Assembly (NCBI GenBank): GCA_965213625.1
Contig: CBDBZU010000004.1
Span: 3,744,001-3,808,000, forward strand
Length of the DNA: 64,000 bases
Source: a bacterium
Lineage (GTDB): Bacteria; UBA8248
Reading direction: 5' to 3'
Both the position numbers and the translations under genes were made by a program. Shown here piece after piece: positions 29,156-37,840 of this stretch. How positions within the stretch are numbered: position 1 is the first letter of the stretch; each line of letters opens with the position of its first letter. Below the pieces are notes generated by a model that worked only from the letters and a program-made list of their open reading frames with translations, did not search any database and had not been told where the DNA came from.

Positions 29156-30061
29156 TTGAGCCTGGAAAATTCTCCTACCGTCTGCGTCCTAGGGTTCGGC
29201 ATGGCGGGCAGGCCCATCGCCCAGGGGCTGGCGGGAGCCGGCGTAGCGCAGGTTCGCGTCTGGAAAAGACCGCCCTGGAGACCGGAGCACACCGACGCAT
29301 CCGCCCACCCGGCGATACGGATGACGCAGTCCATCGAAGATGCGCTACAAGGCGCAGACCTCGTTCTCTCGCTCGTCACGCCGGAAAGCGCACTGGAGAC
29401 GGCGCGCAGCGCCTCTTCTTTCATCCGGGATGCCGTGTACCTGGATTTGAACACCACGACGCCCGATACCAAGAAGGAGATCGGCCGCATCATCGAGACG
29501 GGTGGAGGCCGGCCTATTGACGGGGCGATATGCGACCCGGCGGAAGTGTACGGGCACAAGGTCGTCACGTTGATCTCGGGGCCAGAGGCCAGGCGCCTGA
29601 GTGAGGCCATGGCGCGCTACGGGATGCAGCTTCAGGTGCTCAGCGAGCGCGTGGGAGACGCCTCCGCCCTCAAAGTCGTGCGCAGCGTATTCACCAAAGG
29701 GCTGATGATGACTTTCCTGGAAGCCATCGAGGCGGCGAGACGCTGCGGGCTCGTGGAGGAAATGCTCGATTCCATCGCCGGCACCGTGGAGGGCCTTCCT
29801 CTCCGGGACCTGGCCCTGAGCCTCGCGGGCACGAGCCTCATCGTCGCCGAAAGGCGCGCGCAGGAGATGGAAGACGTCGTTTCGACCCTCGAATCGCTGG
29901 GGGTGGACTCGCGCATCAGCGCCGCCTCGCTCGAGAAGTTCCGTTGGCTCCAGGGGTTCGATTTCCACGAAGAGCTCGGGGGCGTACCACCAGAATCGGT
30001 CGAAACCATGCTCCGCGCGCTCGGGAAAATTTTCGACGCCTCCCCGAAACAACCGAGCTGA
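29156..30061 (+). CDS. NAD(P)-dependent beta-hydroxyacid dehydrogenase family protein (DUF1932 C-terminus)
   Basis: LGFGMAG, DLNT, GDASALKVVRSVFTKG and RRAQEM motifs. Confidence 0.82.
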   Translation: MSLENSPTVCVLGFGMAGRPIAQGLAGAGVAQVRVWKRPPWRPEHTDASAHPAIRMTQSIEDALQGADLVLSLVTPESALETARSASSFIRDAVYLDLNTTTPDTKKEIGRIIETGGGRPIDGAICDPAEVYGHKVVTLISGPEARRLSEAMARYGMQLQVLSERVGDASALKVVRSVFTKGLMMTFLEAIEAARRCGLVEEMLDSIAGTVEGLPLRDLALSLAGTSLIVAERRAQEMEDVVSTLESLGVDSRISAASLEKFRWLQGFDFHEELGGVPPESVETMLRALGKIFDASPKQPS

Positions 30062-30258
30062 AAACACACTCACCTGGCTGAGAAATAATCTCGATTTTGT
30101 GCATCTCTACCCTTGATTTTCCCGAACGGCATCTGGTAGCATCGCTCTGCGCTTGGGGTATCCAGGTGAATTTGAATACAAAAACGTGAATCGCCAAGGG
30201 TCGTTCCCTCGGGGTTCCAATCGCAAAAATCTTCATCATCCGTAGGAGGGAATCATCC

Positions 30259-30570
30259 ATGACATTTGTCATCGGGGAAAAATGCCTGGGCGAGCGCTAT
30301 GCGACGTGCGTGAGCGTGTGTCCCGTGGATTGCATGCACCCAGGCGAGTACAAGGGGGAACCCTTCCTGATCATCGACCCCGAGGAATGCATCGACTGCG
30401 GCGTCTGCCAGCCGGAATGTCCGATTGACGCCATTCTGGAGAGCGAAGACGACGATCCCGTATGGGCGGAAATCAACGCGGAACTCACCGATGAATTCAA
30501 GAACAACGAGCCGGTCGAGCCGCGCCCGGCGAATGACCCGCCGCGAAGAGCAGACAACACGCTACGCTAA
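30259..30570 (+). CDS. Dicluster (7Fe-type) ferredoxin
   Basis: C-x7-CVSVCPVDC and CIDCGVCQPECP. Confidence 0.92.
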   Translation: MTFVIGEKCLGERYATCVSVCPVDCMHPGEYKGEPFLIIDPEECIDCGVCQPECPIDAILESEDDDPVWAEINAELTDEFKNNEPVEPRPANDPPRRADNTLR

Positions 30571-30590
30571 GCTCCATCCTGCTGATTCAA

Positions 30591-30622
30591 ACACCGCGGT
30601 CATCGGGCCGCGGTGTTTTTTT
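30591..30622 (+). terminator. Intrinsic terminator after the ferredoxin gene
   Basis: ACACCGCGGTC-ATCG-GGCCGCGGTGT followed by a T run. Confidence 0.8.
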
Positions 30623-30684
30623 ATTGCGCCAAGCGCATTTTCATACACCTCACCCTCCGGCAACGGGGACACCCTGAGGAAGCC

Positions 30685-31665
30685 ATGGTCTTGAGTCCAC
30701 CCGCAACAGACGGCCCGCTCATCGCCGTCGCCGGAACGCGCTTCGGCCCCCCCACGGTCGAGGAGGAGATACTCTCGCCACTGGGTTCCCGCCTGCGCCT
30801 GGGCATGGGATCGGACCCAGAATCCCTGGTCGAACTCTGCGCGGAGGCGGAAGGCGTCATCATCGGCTCGATTCCTACCTTCACGGCCGAGGTCATCGCG
30901 CAACTAAAACGCTGCAAAATTCTCGCGCGCGGCGGCGTGGGTGTGGACAACGTCGACATGGAAGCCGCAACAGCCAAAGGAATTCACGTCACTTACGTAC
31001 CGGATTACTGCGTCGATGAGGTATCGGACCACGCCATGGCGCTCATCCTCTATTTCGCCAGAAAACTGGAGCAGGGGATCGCGGAAGTCAAAAAAGGCGG
31101 TTGGGGAATCGCTGCTTTGAGACCCATCGCACCGCTTCGGGGCGCGACGCTGGGCGTTGTGGGAATCGGGAGGATCGGCGCGACACTGGCCAGAAAAGCG
31201 CGCGCATTCGGGATGCGGATCATCGCGCACGACCCCTTCGCGCCCGAATCCGTTTTCGAGGAATCAGAGGCCGAGAACACAGCGCTTTCGCAGATATGGG
31301 AGGAGTCGGACTACATCTCCCTTCACGCGCCCTTGACGCCTGAGACACGCGGCCTGGTGAACGTCCAAGCGCTCGATCGCATGAAGACGGACGCCGTATT
31401 GATCAACGTGGCGCGAGGCGAACTCGTGGACGAGAAGGCGCTGGCCAATGCGCTCAAGAAAAACGCCATCCGGGGCGCGGGCCTGGATGTACTCGAAGAA
31501 GAACCCCCGCGTCCGAATCATCCGCTGCTCGGGCTTCCCAACTGCCGTGTCACGCCGCACAGCGCGTGGTACAGCACGGCCGCCCTGGAAGACATGAGGC
31601 GAAAGGTGGCGACTGACGTATTGCGCGTCCTTCGAGGCGAGGAGCCGCGCTATCCCGCGAAATAA
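30685..31665 (+). CDS. D-isomer-specific 2-hydroxyacid dehydrogenase (CtBP-like)
   Basis: GVGVDNVD, VPDYC, GIGRIG, INVARG and TPHSAWYS motifs. Confidence 0.9.
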   Translation: MVLSPPATDGPLIAVAGTRFGPPTVEEEILSPLGSRLRLGMGSDPESLVELCAEAEGVIIGSIPTFTAEVIAQLKRCKILARGGVGVDNVDMEAATAKGIHVTYVPDYCVDEVSDHAMALILYFARKLEQGIAEVKKGGWGIAALRPIAPLRGATLGVVGIGRIGATLARKARAFGMRIIAHDPFAPESVFEESEAENTALSQIWEESDYISLHAPLTPETRGLVNVQALDRMKTDAVLINVARGELVDEKALANALKKNAIRGAGLDVLEEEPPRPNHPLLGLPNCRVTPHSAWYSTAALEDMRRKVATDVLRVLRGEEPRYPAK

Positions 31666-31693
31666 TTGCCCTGCCAGGGACAACCCTGCCGCG

Positions 31694-32542
31694 TTATTTT
31701 TCTATCGGAAAACCGACGACGCTCCCCCACTCCGTCCATGAGCCGTCGTAAATCTTCACGTCTGCATAGCCCAGCATATACCGCATGGCGAACCAGACCA
31801 GACTGGCCCGGTGGCTGAGGCGTCAGTAGAGGACAAGTTCAATCTCATCATCGCTTGCTGCGCCCGCGCCGCTAAGAATCCGCGCAAGCTCATCCGTGCT
31901 CTTGTAGGTGTCGTCCTCGTTCAACAGCTCCCGGAAGAACAGGTGTACGGCCCCTGGTATGCGTCCGGCGCGCTCGGCCCCGTGGTCGAAGCCCGGCGGA
32001 GGCATCACCCGCTCGCCCCTGTATTCCTCGGGCGAGCGCACGTCGAGCAGCACCCTGCCCGGCGCGCCCAGTTTCTCGCGAATATCGTCCCTGCCCACGC
32101 TCAGGACCTCTCCCCCATCCGGCGCGGGGTGAGAGACGGCCGCAGCATCCGGCGCCTCACTCGAGACGGGCATCCCGTCAGCAATCCACTTTTTCTTGGA
32201 GCCGTCGAGCAGCTTCAGATTCGAGAAACCCGCCATCTTGAGGACCCAGAACGCATAGGTCCCGAACTGCACCGGATCGCCGTACAGGACGATTTCATCA
32301 TCCGGGCCGATACCCATCCCGCCCAGACGCTCGGCCAACGCTTGGGGCGTGGCGAATGCGCGGTCCGTCTCGTGCCAGAGCGCCCCTTTCCAGAACCACC
32401 AGTGCGCGCCCGGAACGTGGGCTTCGCGGTAGGAAGCGTCGTCGCCGGCGGATGAAACCTCGATGACGTGGAGACCCGGACTCCCCAGGCGTTCTGCGAG
32501 CCACGCCGTCGAAACAAGGGCGGAATTATCAGTTTGCGTCAT
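31694..32542 (-). CDS. Tandem-domain sulfurtransferase (SseA/rhodanese) with probable selenocysteine at codon 240
   Basis: Frame continues past TGA (31823-31825) as RLSHRASLVWFAMRYMLGYADVKIYDGSWTEWGSVVGFPIEK to TAA 31694; the TGA sits at the catalytic Cys position. Confidence 0.88.
31792..31812 (-). promoter_or_regulatory. Candidate bacterial SECIS hairpin
   Basis: ACCGGGCC-AGUCU-GGUCUGGU stem-loop beginning at +11 after the UGA. Confidence 0.7.
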
Positions 32543-32648
32543 GTCTAAATATCCTCACAAGAAAAAAGACTATGAAAAACGCGTCACGAAACGAGCTTTT
32601 CCTATTGGAATACCCGATTCCTTCCCCAAAATCACTTCCCTTGGGCGT

Positions 32649-32971
32649 CCCTCGATACGGCCCTTCGGGCCTACTCGGGATGAGGGGTATTTTGTTCGAA
32701 ACGGGAGGGAGACAACCACATCTCTCAAACCTCTCCTTCACCCTGAGCAAAACGACCGCCTCCCCCGGACCAGCGCGAAATACCCTTCGCCCCAAGCAAA
32801 ACGACCTCCTCCCCCCGACTGGCGCGAAATCCCCTTCGCCCCCATCCTGAGCAACACGGCCCCCCACCCAAGGAGACAGACAAAACTATCCCGATTGACT
32901 TTACTCCCACCTCGAGCGACGCGACCTCCCATCCCTCACCCTGAGTAGCCGCGAAGCGGCGTATCGAAGGG
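32649..32971. repeat. Inverted pair of CCTCA(T/C)CCYGAGTAG-hairpin-CGTATCGA repeats enclosing ~49-bp tandem units
   Basis: Copies at 32649-32686 and 32933-32971; AGCAAAACGACC...GCGCGAAAT.CCCTTCGCCCC repeated at 32746 and 32795. Confidence 0.8.
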
Positions 32972-33058
32972 CGTCTGCCCGGAATGCGGGAACCACTCGA
33001 CCGTGCCTGCGCCGACCCATCACGCTCCGCCATCCAAGCACCCGTTTCCCGACAAAAA

Positions 33059-34483
33059 TCACCCGCCGCACATGGGTGGCTTCTTATTCCGTATATCCGG
33101 CGTGGCCTCTTCGAACGCATGGGACACCTGCAGCACGCGGGCCTCCTCCCAGGGCGGTCCCACGATCTGCACCGACACGGGCAGGCCGTCCGCGCTGAAG
33201 CCCGAAGGCGCAGACATGACCGGGAAACCGAACAGGTTGTAAGGGCCGGTCTGCGGTCTGCCGAGGCCCGTGAAGGAGAGCTCCTTCCCGTTCACCGTGC
33301 CCATCTCCGTCGCAATGAACCCCGCGGGGCAAGGATAGCCGGGCGCCAGGAATATATCGATCTCATCGAACACTTTTTCCATTTCGCGGGTGAGCGTGGG
33401 CCGTTCTCTCATAGCGCGCGCGTATTCATCCAGCGTAACGCGGCTCGATATCTCCAGGCGCTCGCGGACGTCGTCGCCGAATTTTTCGGGATTCGAAGCG
33501 AGTCGCTCGCGGTGAACCGACGCCAATTCGGCGCTGGCGATGATGCGCCGCACCTCTCTCATTCTATCCGCGTTCGGGTAACGCACATGGACGACCACGC
33601 CGCCCAGAGCCTTCATGGTCTCTATCGCATTCTCAAAGCCTTTCTGCACCGAAGCGTCGTTTTCCGGGAGATAGAGGTCCTCGCAGACGCCAAAACGCAT
33701 CCCCTTGACACCCTCGCCTATCAGGGCGCAGAAATCGGGCGTTTCGCGATCCTTGGAGCCGGCGTCCGTCGGGTCGTAGCCCGCCATGGCCTGCAGCATG
33801 ATGCCGCAATCGCGCGCCGTCCTCGCAAGCGGGCCGGCGTGGTCGAGAGTCGTAGAGTTCGGAAAAATGCCGCGAACACTCACGCGGCCGTAAGTCGGTT
33901 TCAAGCCCATCGTGCCGCATGCGCTCGCAGGCCCCCGGATAGAGCCGCCCGTATCGGTCCCCACTGCACCGGGGCACATGAAGGCCGCAACCGCCGCGCC
34001 CGAACCGCCGCTCGAACCGCCCGATACCCGCTCGGGATTCCAGGGATTGCGTGTAGGGCCGTAGTGGGGGTTCACGGTGGTGGAACCCGCCGCGAACTCG
34101 TGCGTATTGCATTTCCCGACGATGACGGCGCCCGCTTCTTTCAGCTTTCTCACGCACTCGGCATCCGCCGCCGGGACATTATCCGGGAAGAAACTCGACC
34201 CCTGCGTCGTGAGGACACCCGCGGTATCGATGATGTCCTTGATGCCGACCGGCACGCCGTGCAAAGGGCCGCGGTAGTGACCACCCTGAATCTCACTTTC
34301 CAACTTTGCCGCGTCCTCACGGGCCTCGTCCGCGCATACGGTGATGAACGCGTTGAGTTCGGGGTTCAGGGCCTCGATTTGCCGCAAATGCGCATCCACC
34401 ACTTCGCGCGGGGAGATTTCCCTGCTCTCGATCTGTTGGGCGAGTTCAGATATTGAAAGTAAATTCAGTCCATCGGCGCTCAT
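33059..34483 (-). CDS. Amidase signature family protein (GatA-like)
   Basis: GVPVGIKD, GGSSGGS and GTDTGGSIR motifs. Confidence 0.92.
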   Translation of the reverse strand: MSADGLNLLSISELAQQIESREISPREVVDAHLRQIEALNPELNAFITVCADEAREDAAKLESEIQGGHYRGPLHGVPVGIKDIIDTAGVLTTQGSSFFPDNVPAADAECVRKLKEAGAVIVGKCNTHEFAAGSTTVNPHYGPTRNPWNPERVSGGSSGGSGAAVAAFMCPGAVGTDTGGSIRGPASACGTMGLKPTYGRVSVRGIFPNSTTLDHAGPLARTARDCGIMLQAMAGYDPTDAGSKDRETPDFCALIGEGVKGMRFGVCEDLYLPENDASVQKGFENAIETMKALGGVVVHVRYPNADRMREVRRIIASAELASVHRERLASNPEKFGDDVRERLEISSRVTLDEYARAMRERPTLTREMEKVFDEIDIFLAPGYPCPAGFIATEMGTVNGKELSFTGLGRPQTGPYNLFGFPVMSAPSGFSADGLPVSVQIVGPPWEEARVLQVSHAFEEATPDIRNKKPPMCGG

Positions 34484-34674
34484 TTCCACCTCCATTCCAC
34501 CTGAGTGAATTACATTCCGCTTCCACCTGATTGATGAAACGCAAGCTTACCACGACGAGGCGGCTTTCGCTTTCTCCGGAGGAGTTTCTCTCCTCTTTCA
34601 GGTCCTACGTGCACCCGGGTTTTATAGCTCCAGTCGGATACGGCATCAGTAAGGTGCGAGAGCGTTTTGTAGTG

Positions 34675-34840
34675 GTAGCCCCCTCAGGGCTGCCCCACAG
34701 GTCACGACCTGTCCCGACCATTTATCCACCCCACAATTCGCGATTCTCCTCTATAAAATAACGGGACGCATGTATGCGTCCCCTACGGAGCCATCGCCGT
34801 TCACGGATTTGCTGTCGGGGCCGCATATATGCGGCCCGTA
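34675..34840. repeat. Cluster of GTAG-type REP palindromes
   Basis: GGGACGCATGTATGCGTCCCCTAC and GGGCCGCATATATGCGGCCC, related to copies at 10.4 and 43.8 kb. Confidence 0.65.
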
Positions 34841-35005
34841 TGGATAGGGACAACCCAGCAAAATCCCGACCCCTCAAGAAGCGCACTTGGCGGAGGCGCG
34901 CCGATTTGTTATGGATGATCCCACATAGATGACGTGAAAAGGTCTGCCCGCACCGTGAAAGCGGAAATCTTGGTGCGCAACCACTATCCCACGAGGTCAT
35001 CCCCC

Positions 35006-36157
35006 ATGAACGGCGATACTTACGACGCCCTGGTCATCGGCGGCGGTATCAATGGACTCTCGGCCCTTTATCACCTGAAACGGCTGGGCGCAGCGCGCGT
35101 CGGGCTGGTGGAGCGCTTTGAGATCGGCCACGACCGGGGCAGTTCGCACGGCGCGGCCCGCGTCACGAGAAGCGCCTACATCGCGCCTGAATACGTGCGC
35201 CTGATGCAGTGGGTTCACGCCGAAGAATGGCCAAGGCTCGAAAAAGACTTAAGAAAAAAACTCGTCTATTCCAATCCCGGCATCTTCACCGGGCCTCCTT
35301 CCAAGCGTTTCGAGCGCTACATCAACGCTGTGGCCCAAGAGGGCGTGGACGTGGAACTCCTCTCTGCGGACGAGGCGCGGGATCGGTTTCCCCAGTTCAG
35401 CTTCGAGAACGCCGAGTGCGCCCTGCTGGACAATACGGGGGGCTACATCGCCTCGAAAGAAGCCATCGACTCGCTCGCCGCCCTGGCGCGTGAAAGCGGC
35501 GTGATCGTCCATGAGAACACCGTCGTCCACGAAATCGACCCGGCGGCTGACCCCGTGCGGGTCGAAACGAGTGGGGGGACTCTCGAGGCTGGGCGCCTCG
35601 TCGTGGCGGCGGGGCCGTGGGCGCGTGATCTGTTGCCGTTCCTGAAGCCAAAACTCAACGTCGCCCGCCAGACTGTTGCGTACTTCACGCCCGAGGACGA
35701 CCTGGAAGCATTCCGGCCCGGACGATTTCCGGTGTGGGTGTACATGGAGCAGGACGAGAACCATCTTTTTTACGGTATGCCCGAATTCGGCCGCCCGGGC
35801 GTCAAGGTGGGCCACCACATCAGAATCGGGGTGGATGACGATCCGGACAACCCGCCCGACGCCATCGAGCAGGAAAAGATAGACGATCTGGAGCGCTTCC
35901 TGCCGACTTTCTTCACCTGCAAGAAATGGACGCTCGCGGGCGCTGAGAATTGTCTTTACACAAACGCGCCGAATGAGGATTTCATAATCGACTTACACCC
36001 AGAGAACCCGCGTATCGCGTTCGGCGCTGGCTTCTCGGGCCACGGATTCAAGTTCGGCCCCCTCACGGGAAGGCTCCTGGCCGAACTGGCGTGGGAGGGT
36101 GAAACGTCCATACCCGACGCCGAACTGGCGAGGCGCCTTTTTTCACTCAAGAAATAA
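35006..36157 (+). CDS. Monomeric sarcosine/N-methyltryptophan oxidase family FAD enzyme
   Basis: IGGGING, GSSHG..R, CLYT and GFSGHGFKF motifs. Confidence 0.9.
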   Translation: MNGDTYDALVIGGGINGLSALYHLKRLGAARVGLVERFEIGHDRGSSHGAARVTRSAYIAPEYVRLMQWVHAEEWPRLEKDLRKKLVYSNPGIFTGPPSKRFERYINAVAQEGVDVELLSADEARDRFPQFSFENAECALLDNTGGYIASKEAIDSLAALARESGVIVHENTVVHEIDPAADPVRVETSGGTLEAGRLVVAAGPWARDLLPFLKPKLNVARQTVAYFTPEDDLEAFRPGRFPVWVYMEQDENHLFYGMPEFGRPGVKVGHHIRIGVDDDPDNPPDAIEQEKIDDLERFLPTFFTCKKWTLAGAENCLYTNAPNEDFIIDLHPENPRIAFGAGFSGHGFKFGPLTGRLLAELAWEGETSIPDAELARRLFSLKK

Positions 36158-36313
36158 GGCTTTATCTCTCCTGATGAGGGTCCGCGTCCCTCCTGCGGTG
36201 TCGGGTATGGACACCCTCAAAGCGAACACAGGAAAACAATCAGAGCCGCACGTTAGACACTCCCTGAAATTCCGTCGCACATCCCTAAAATTTCGAGATT
36301 TCCGATTTTTCTC

Positions 36314-36360
36314 TTGACAAGAAGAGGTTTCTGATAGATAGTTAATTATTAGTTAACTAT
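36314..36360 (+). promoter_or_regulatory. Sigma70-like promoter with overlapping palindromic operator
   Basis: TTGACA-17-GATAGT; inverted repeat ATAGTTAA-N7-TTAACTAT at 36338-36360. Confidence 0.6.
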
Positions 36361-36475
36361 ATATACATCGCATTAACTTCATGGCTGGTTTTGGGTGATT
36401 CGCAAGTTGGAGGACTTGCAAGCAGGCCAGATTGGCCGCCCAATATGAAATAGCCGTGAGAAGATAAAATATGTC

Positions 36476-36551
36476 CCGCCCCGCCACCCCGTTATCGCCG
36501 TATTACCCCCACGATCCGGCGACCGATGCGGGTGGCGGGGCGGCGGTTTTT
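36476..36551 (+). terminator. Long GC hairpin with T tract
   Basis: CCGCCCCGCCACCC ... GGGTGGCGGGGCGG followed by CGGTTTTT. Confidence 0.55.
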
Positions 36552-36560
36552 CCGAAAGCC

Positions 36561-37385
36561 TTATGACGCCCCATCCGCAATGAGCGCCCTCAGATTCTCA
36601 GCAGCCAGCCTCGCCGCCGTCTGAATGTCGGGCTTTGAGACGATCTGGCACGTCAGGTATCCGTCATACCCTATCGAGCGTAGCGCCCCAATGATTTCGC
36701 CAAAGGGAATGTGCCCGCCGCCGGGATAGTAGCGGTTATTCTCGGCGATGTGCATGTGGCCCAGAAGCTCTCTCGATTCCAGTATGGGAGCCGTGAACGA
36801 CGCTTCATCCACGTTCATGTGGTAGGTGTCGAGCATGAGCACGAACGCCTCGTGGTCGAGTTCCCGGCAAAGCGCCACGCCTTCGGCAGCCGTAGTCACG
36901 TTGTTGATCCAGTGGCTGCACAAGGGTTCGAGATAGAGCCTGGCCCCCCGCGAGGCGGCTTCATCCGAAAGACCCAATAGCGCGTCGCGCATCCAGCGGA
37001 GAGAATCATCGCGCCGCTCATCCTCACAGAGATTCCCGCGCGAGGAGCCGATCACCATGCCGCAACCGAATCTCTGCGCCATATCGAGCGCGTCCAGGTG
37101 GCGGCGGTAGGACACGTCTCTAATCTCGGGCACGGGGTGGCACAGCCATATCCTGTCCTGAAAGCCCATGGCTGCGGTGTGGATCATCGAGACGGAGAGT
37201 CCCCGGCTATTGATTTGCTTCTCTATCTCGCCCAAATCGAGTTCATCGGGTTTTCGCACCGAAAGCTCCACCGCCTCGAAACCCGCCTCGGCCACGCAGT
37301 CCAGGTTTCCCGCCAGAGTGCCCTGCGCACTGGGGAGGTTGGGCGTGGAAATATCCGGCGTGGCGATCTGGTAGCTCAGTTTCAC
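36561..37385 (-). CDS. Sugar phosphate isomerase/epimerase (AP_endonuc_2 TIM barrel)
   Basis: GFEAVEL, LEP, LDTYHMN, HMHIAENNR.YPG and GYDG motifs. Confidence 0.88.
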   Translation of the reverse strand: MKLSYQIATPDISTPNLPSAQGTLAGNLDCVAEAGFEAVELSVRKPDELDLGEIEKQINSRGLSVSMIHTAAMGFQDRIWLCHPVPEIRDVSYRRHLDALDMAQRFGCGMVIGSSRGNLCEDERRDDSLRWMRDALLGLSDEAASRGARLYLEPLCSHWINNVTTAAEGVALCRELDHEAFVLMLDTYHMNVDEASFTAPILESRELLGHMHIAENNRYYPGGGHIPFGEIIGALRSIGYDGYLTCQIVSKPDIQTAARLAAENLRALIADGAS

Positions 37386-37387
37386 AA

Positions 37388-37840
37388 TTAAAGCTCCTCT
37401 GTATTCATCGCGCCCCAGAATGCGGCGCGGTGCGGCGTTATCTCTATCATCCAGGCGTGGATTGTGATGGGGCCACGGTACTGCGCGTATTTCTGCCGGA
37501 GAAGCGCCGCCGCCGCCTCATACGCCGCAGCGTCCGCCTCGGCGTGGATGACCCGCGCGCTCCCGAAGATGAGAGCGAAACCGAGTTTCGCCCAGTCATC
37601 CTCGTAGTGATCCACCAGAAATGTGACCTGCGGGTTCTCGCGGATATTATCGAGCCTTTTGAGCCGCTCGATGTCTTTTTTCTGCTTGCCGTCCACAGGC
37701 ACGTAAATTTTCCCGTCCACGACGGCGAAAACGACGGGAACGACGTGCGGCGCGGCATCCCTGCTCGCCGTCGCCAGCCGCGCCACGCGCGCACGCTCCA
37801 CGAACGCCCAGGCGTCACCTGAGAGCAGAGGCTTCGTCAT
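37388..37840 (-). CDS. PPOX-class putative F420-dependent oxidoreductase (Rv0121-like)
   Basis: ARVARLAT, PHVVPVVFA, VDGK and LKRLDNIRENPQVTFLVDHYEDDW; start overlaps the upstream stop. Confidence 0.82.
   Translation of the reverse strand: MTKPLLSGDAWAFVERARVARLATASRDAAPHVVPVVFAVVDGKIYVPVDGKQKKDIERLKRLDNIRENPQVTFLVDHYEDDWAKLGFALIFGSARVIHAEADAAAYEAAAALLRQKYAQYRGPITIHAWMIEITPHRAAFWGAMNTEEL

Noticed and set aside
31823-31825. Treating the sulfurtransferase as a simple nonsense pseudogene
   Set aside because: The stop is exactly at the catalytic codon, the downstream frame is intact and a SECIS-like hairpin is correctly placed, so Sec is the more parsimonious reading
32984-34456. Long alternative ORFs (also 6479-7852, 37930-39135, 49546-50613, 53586-54773)
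   Set aside because: They overlap well-supported genes, lack motifs, and are expected in high-GC DNA
36471-36566. 31-codon ORF MSRPATPLSPYYPH...
   Set aside because: It runs through a GC hairpin and has no family features or clear RBS
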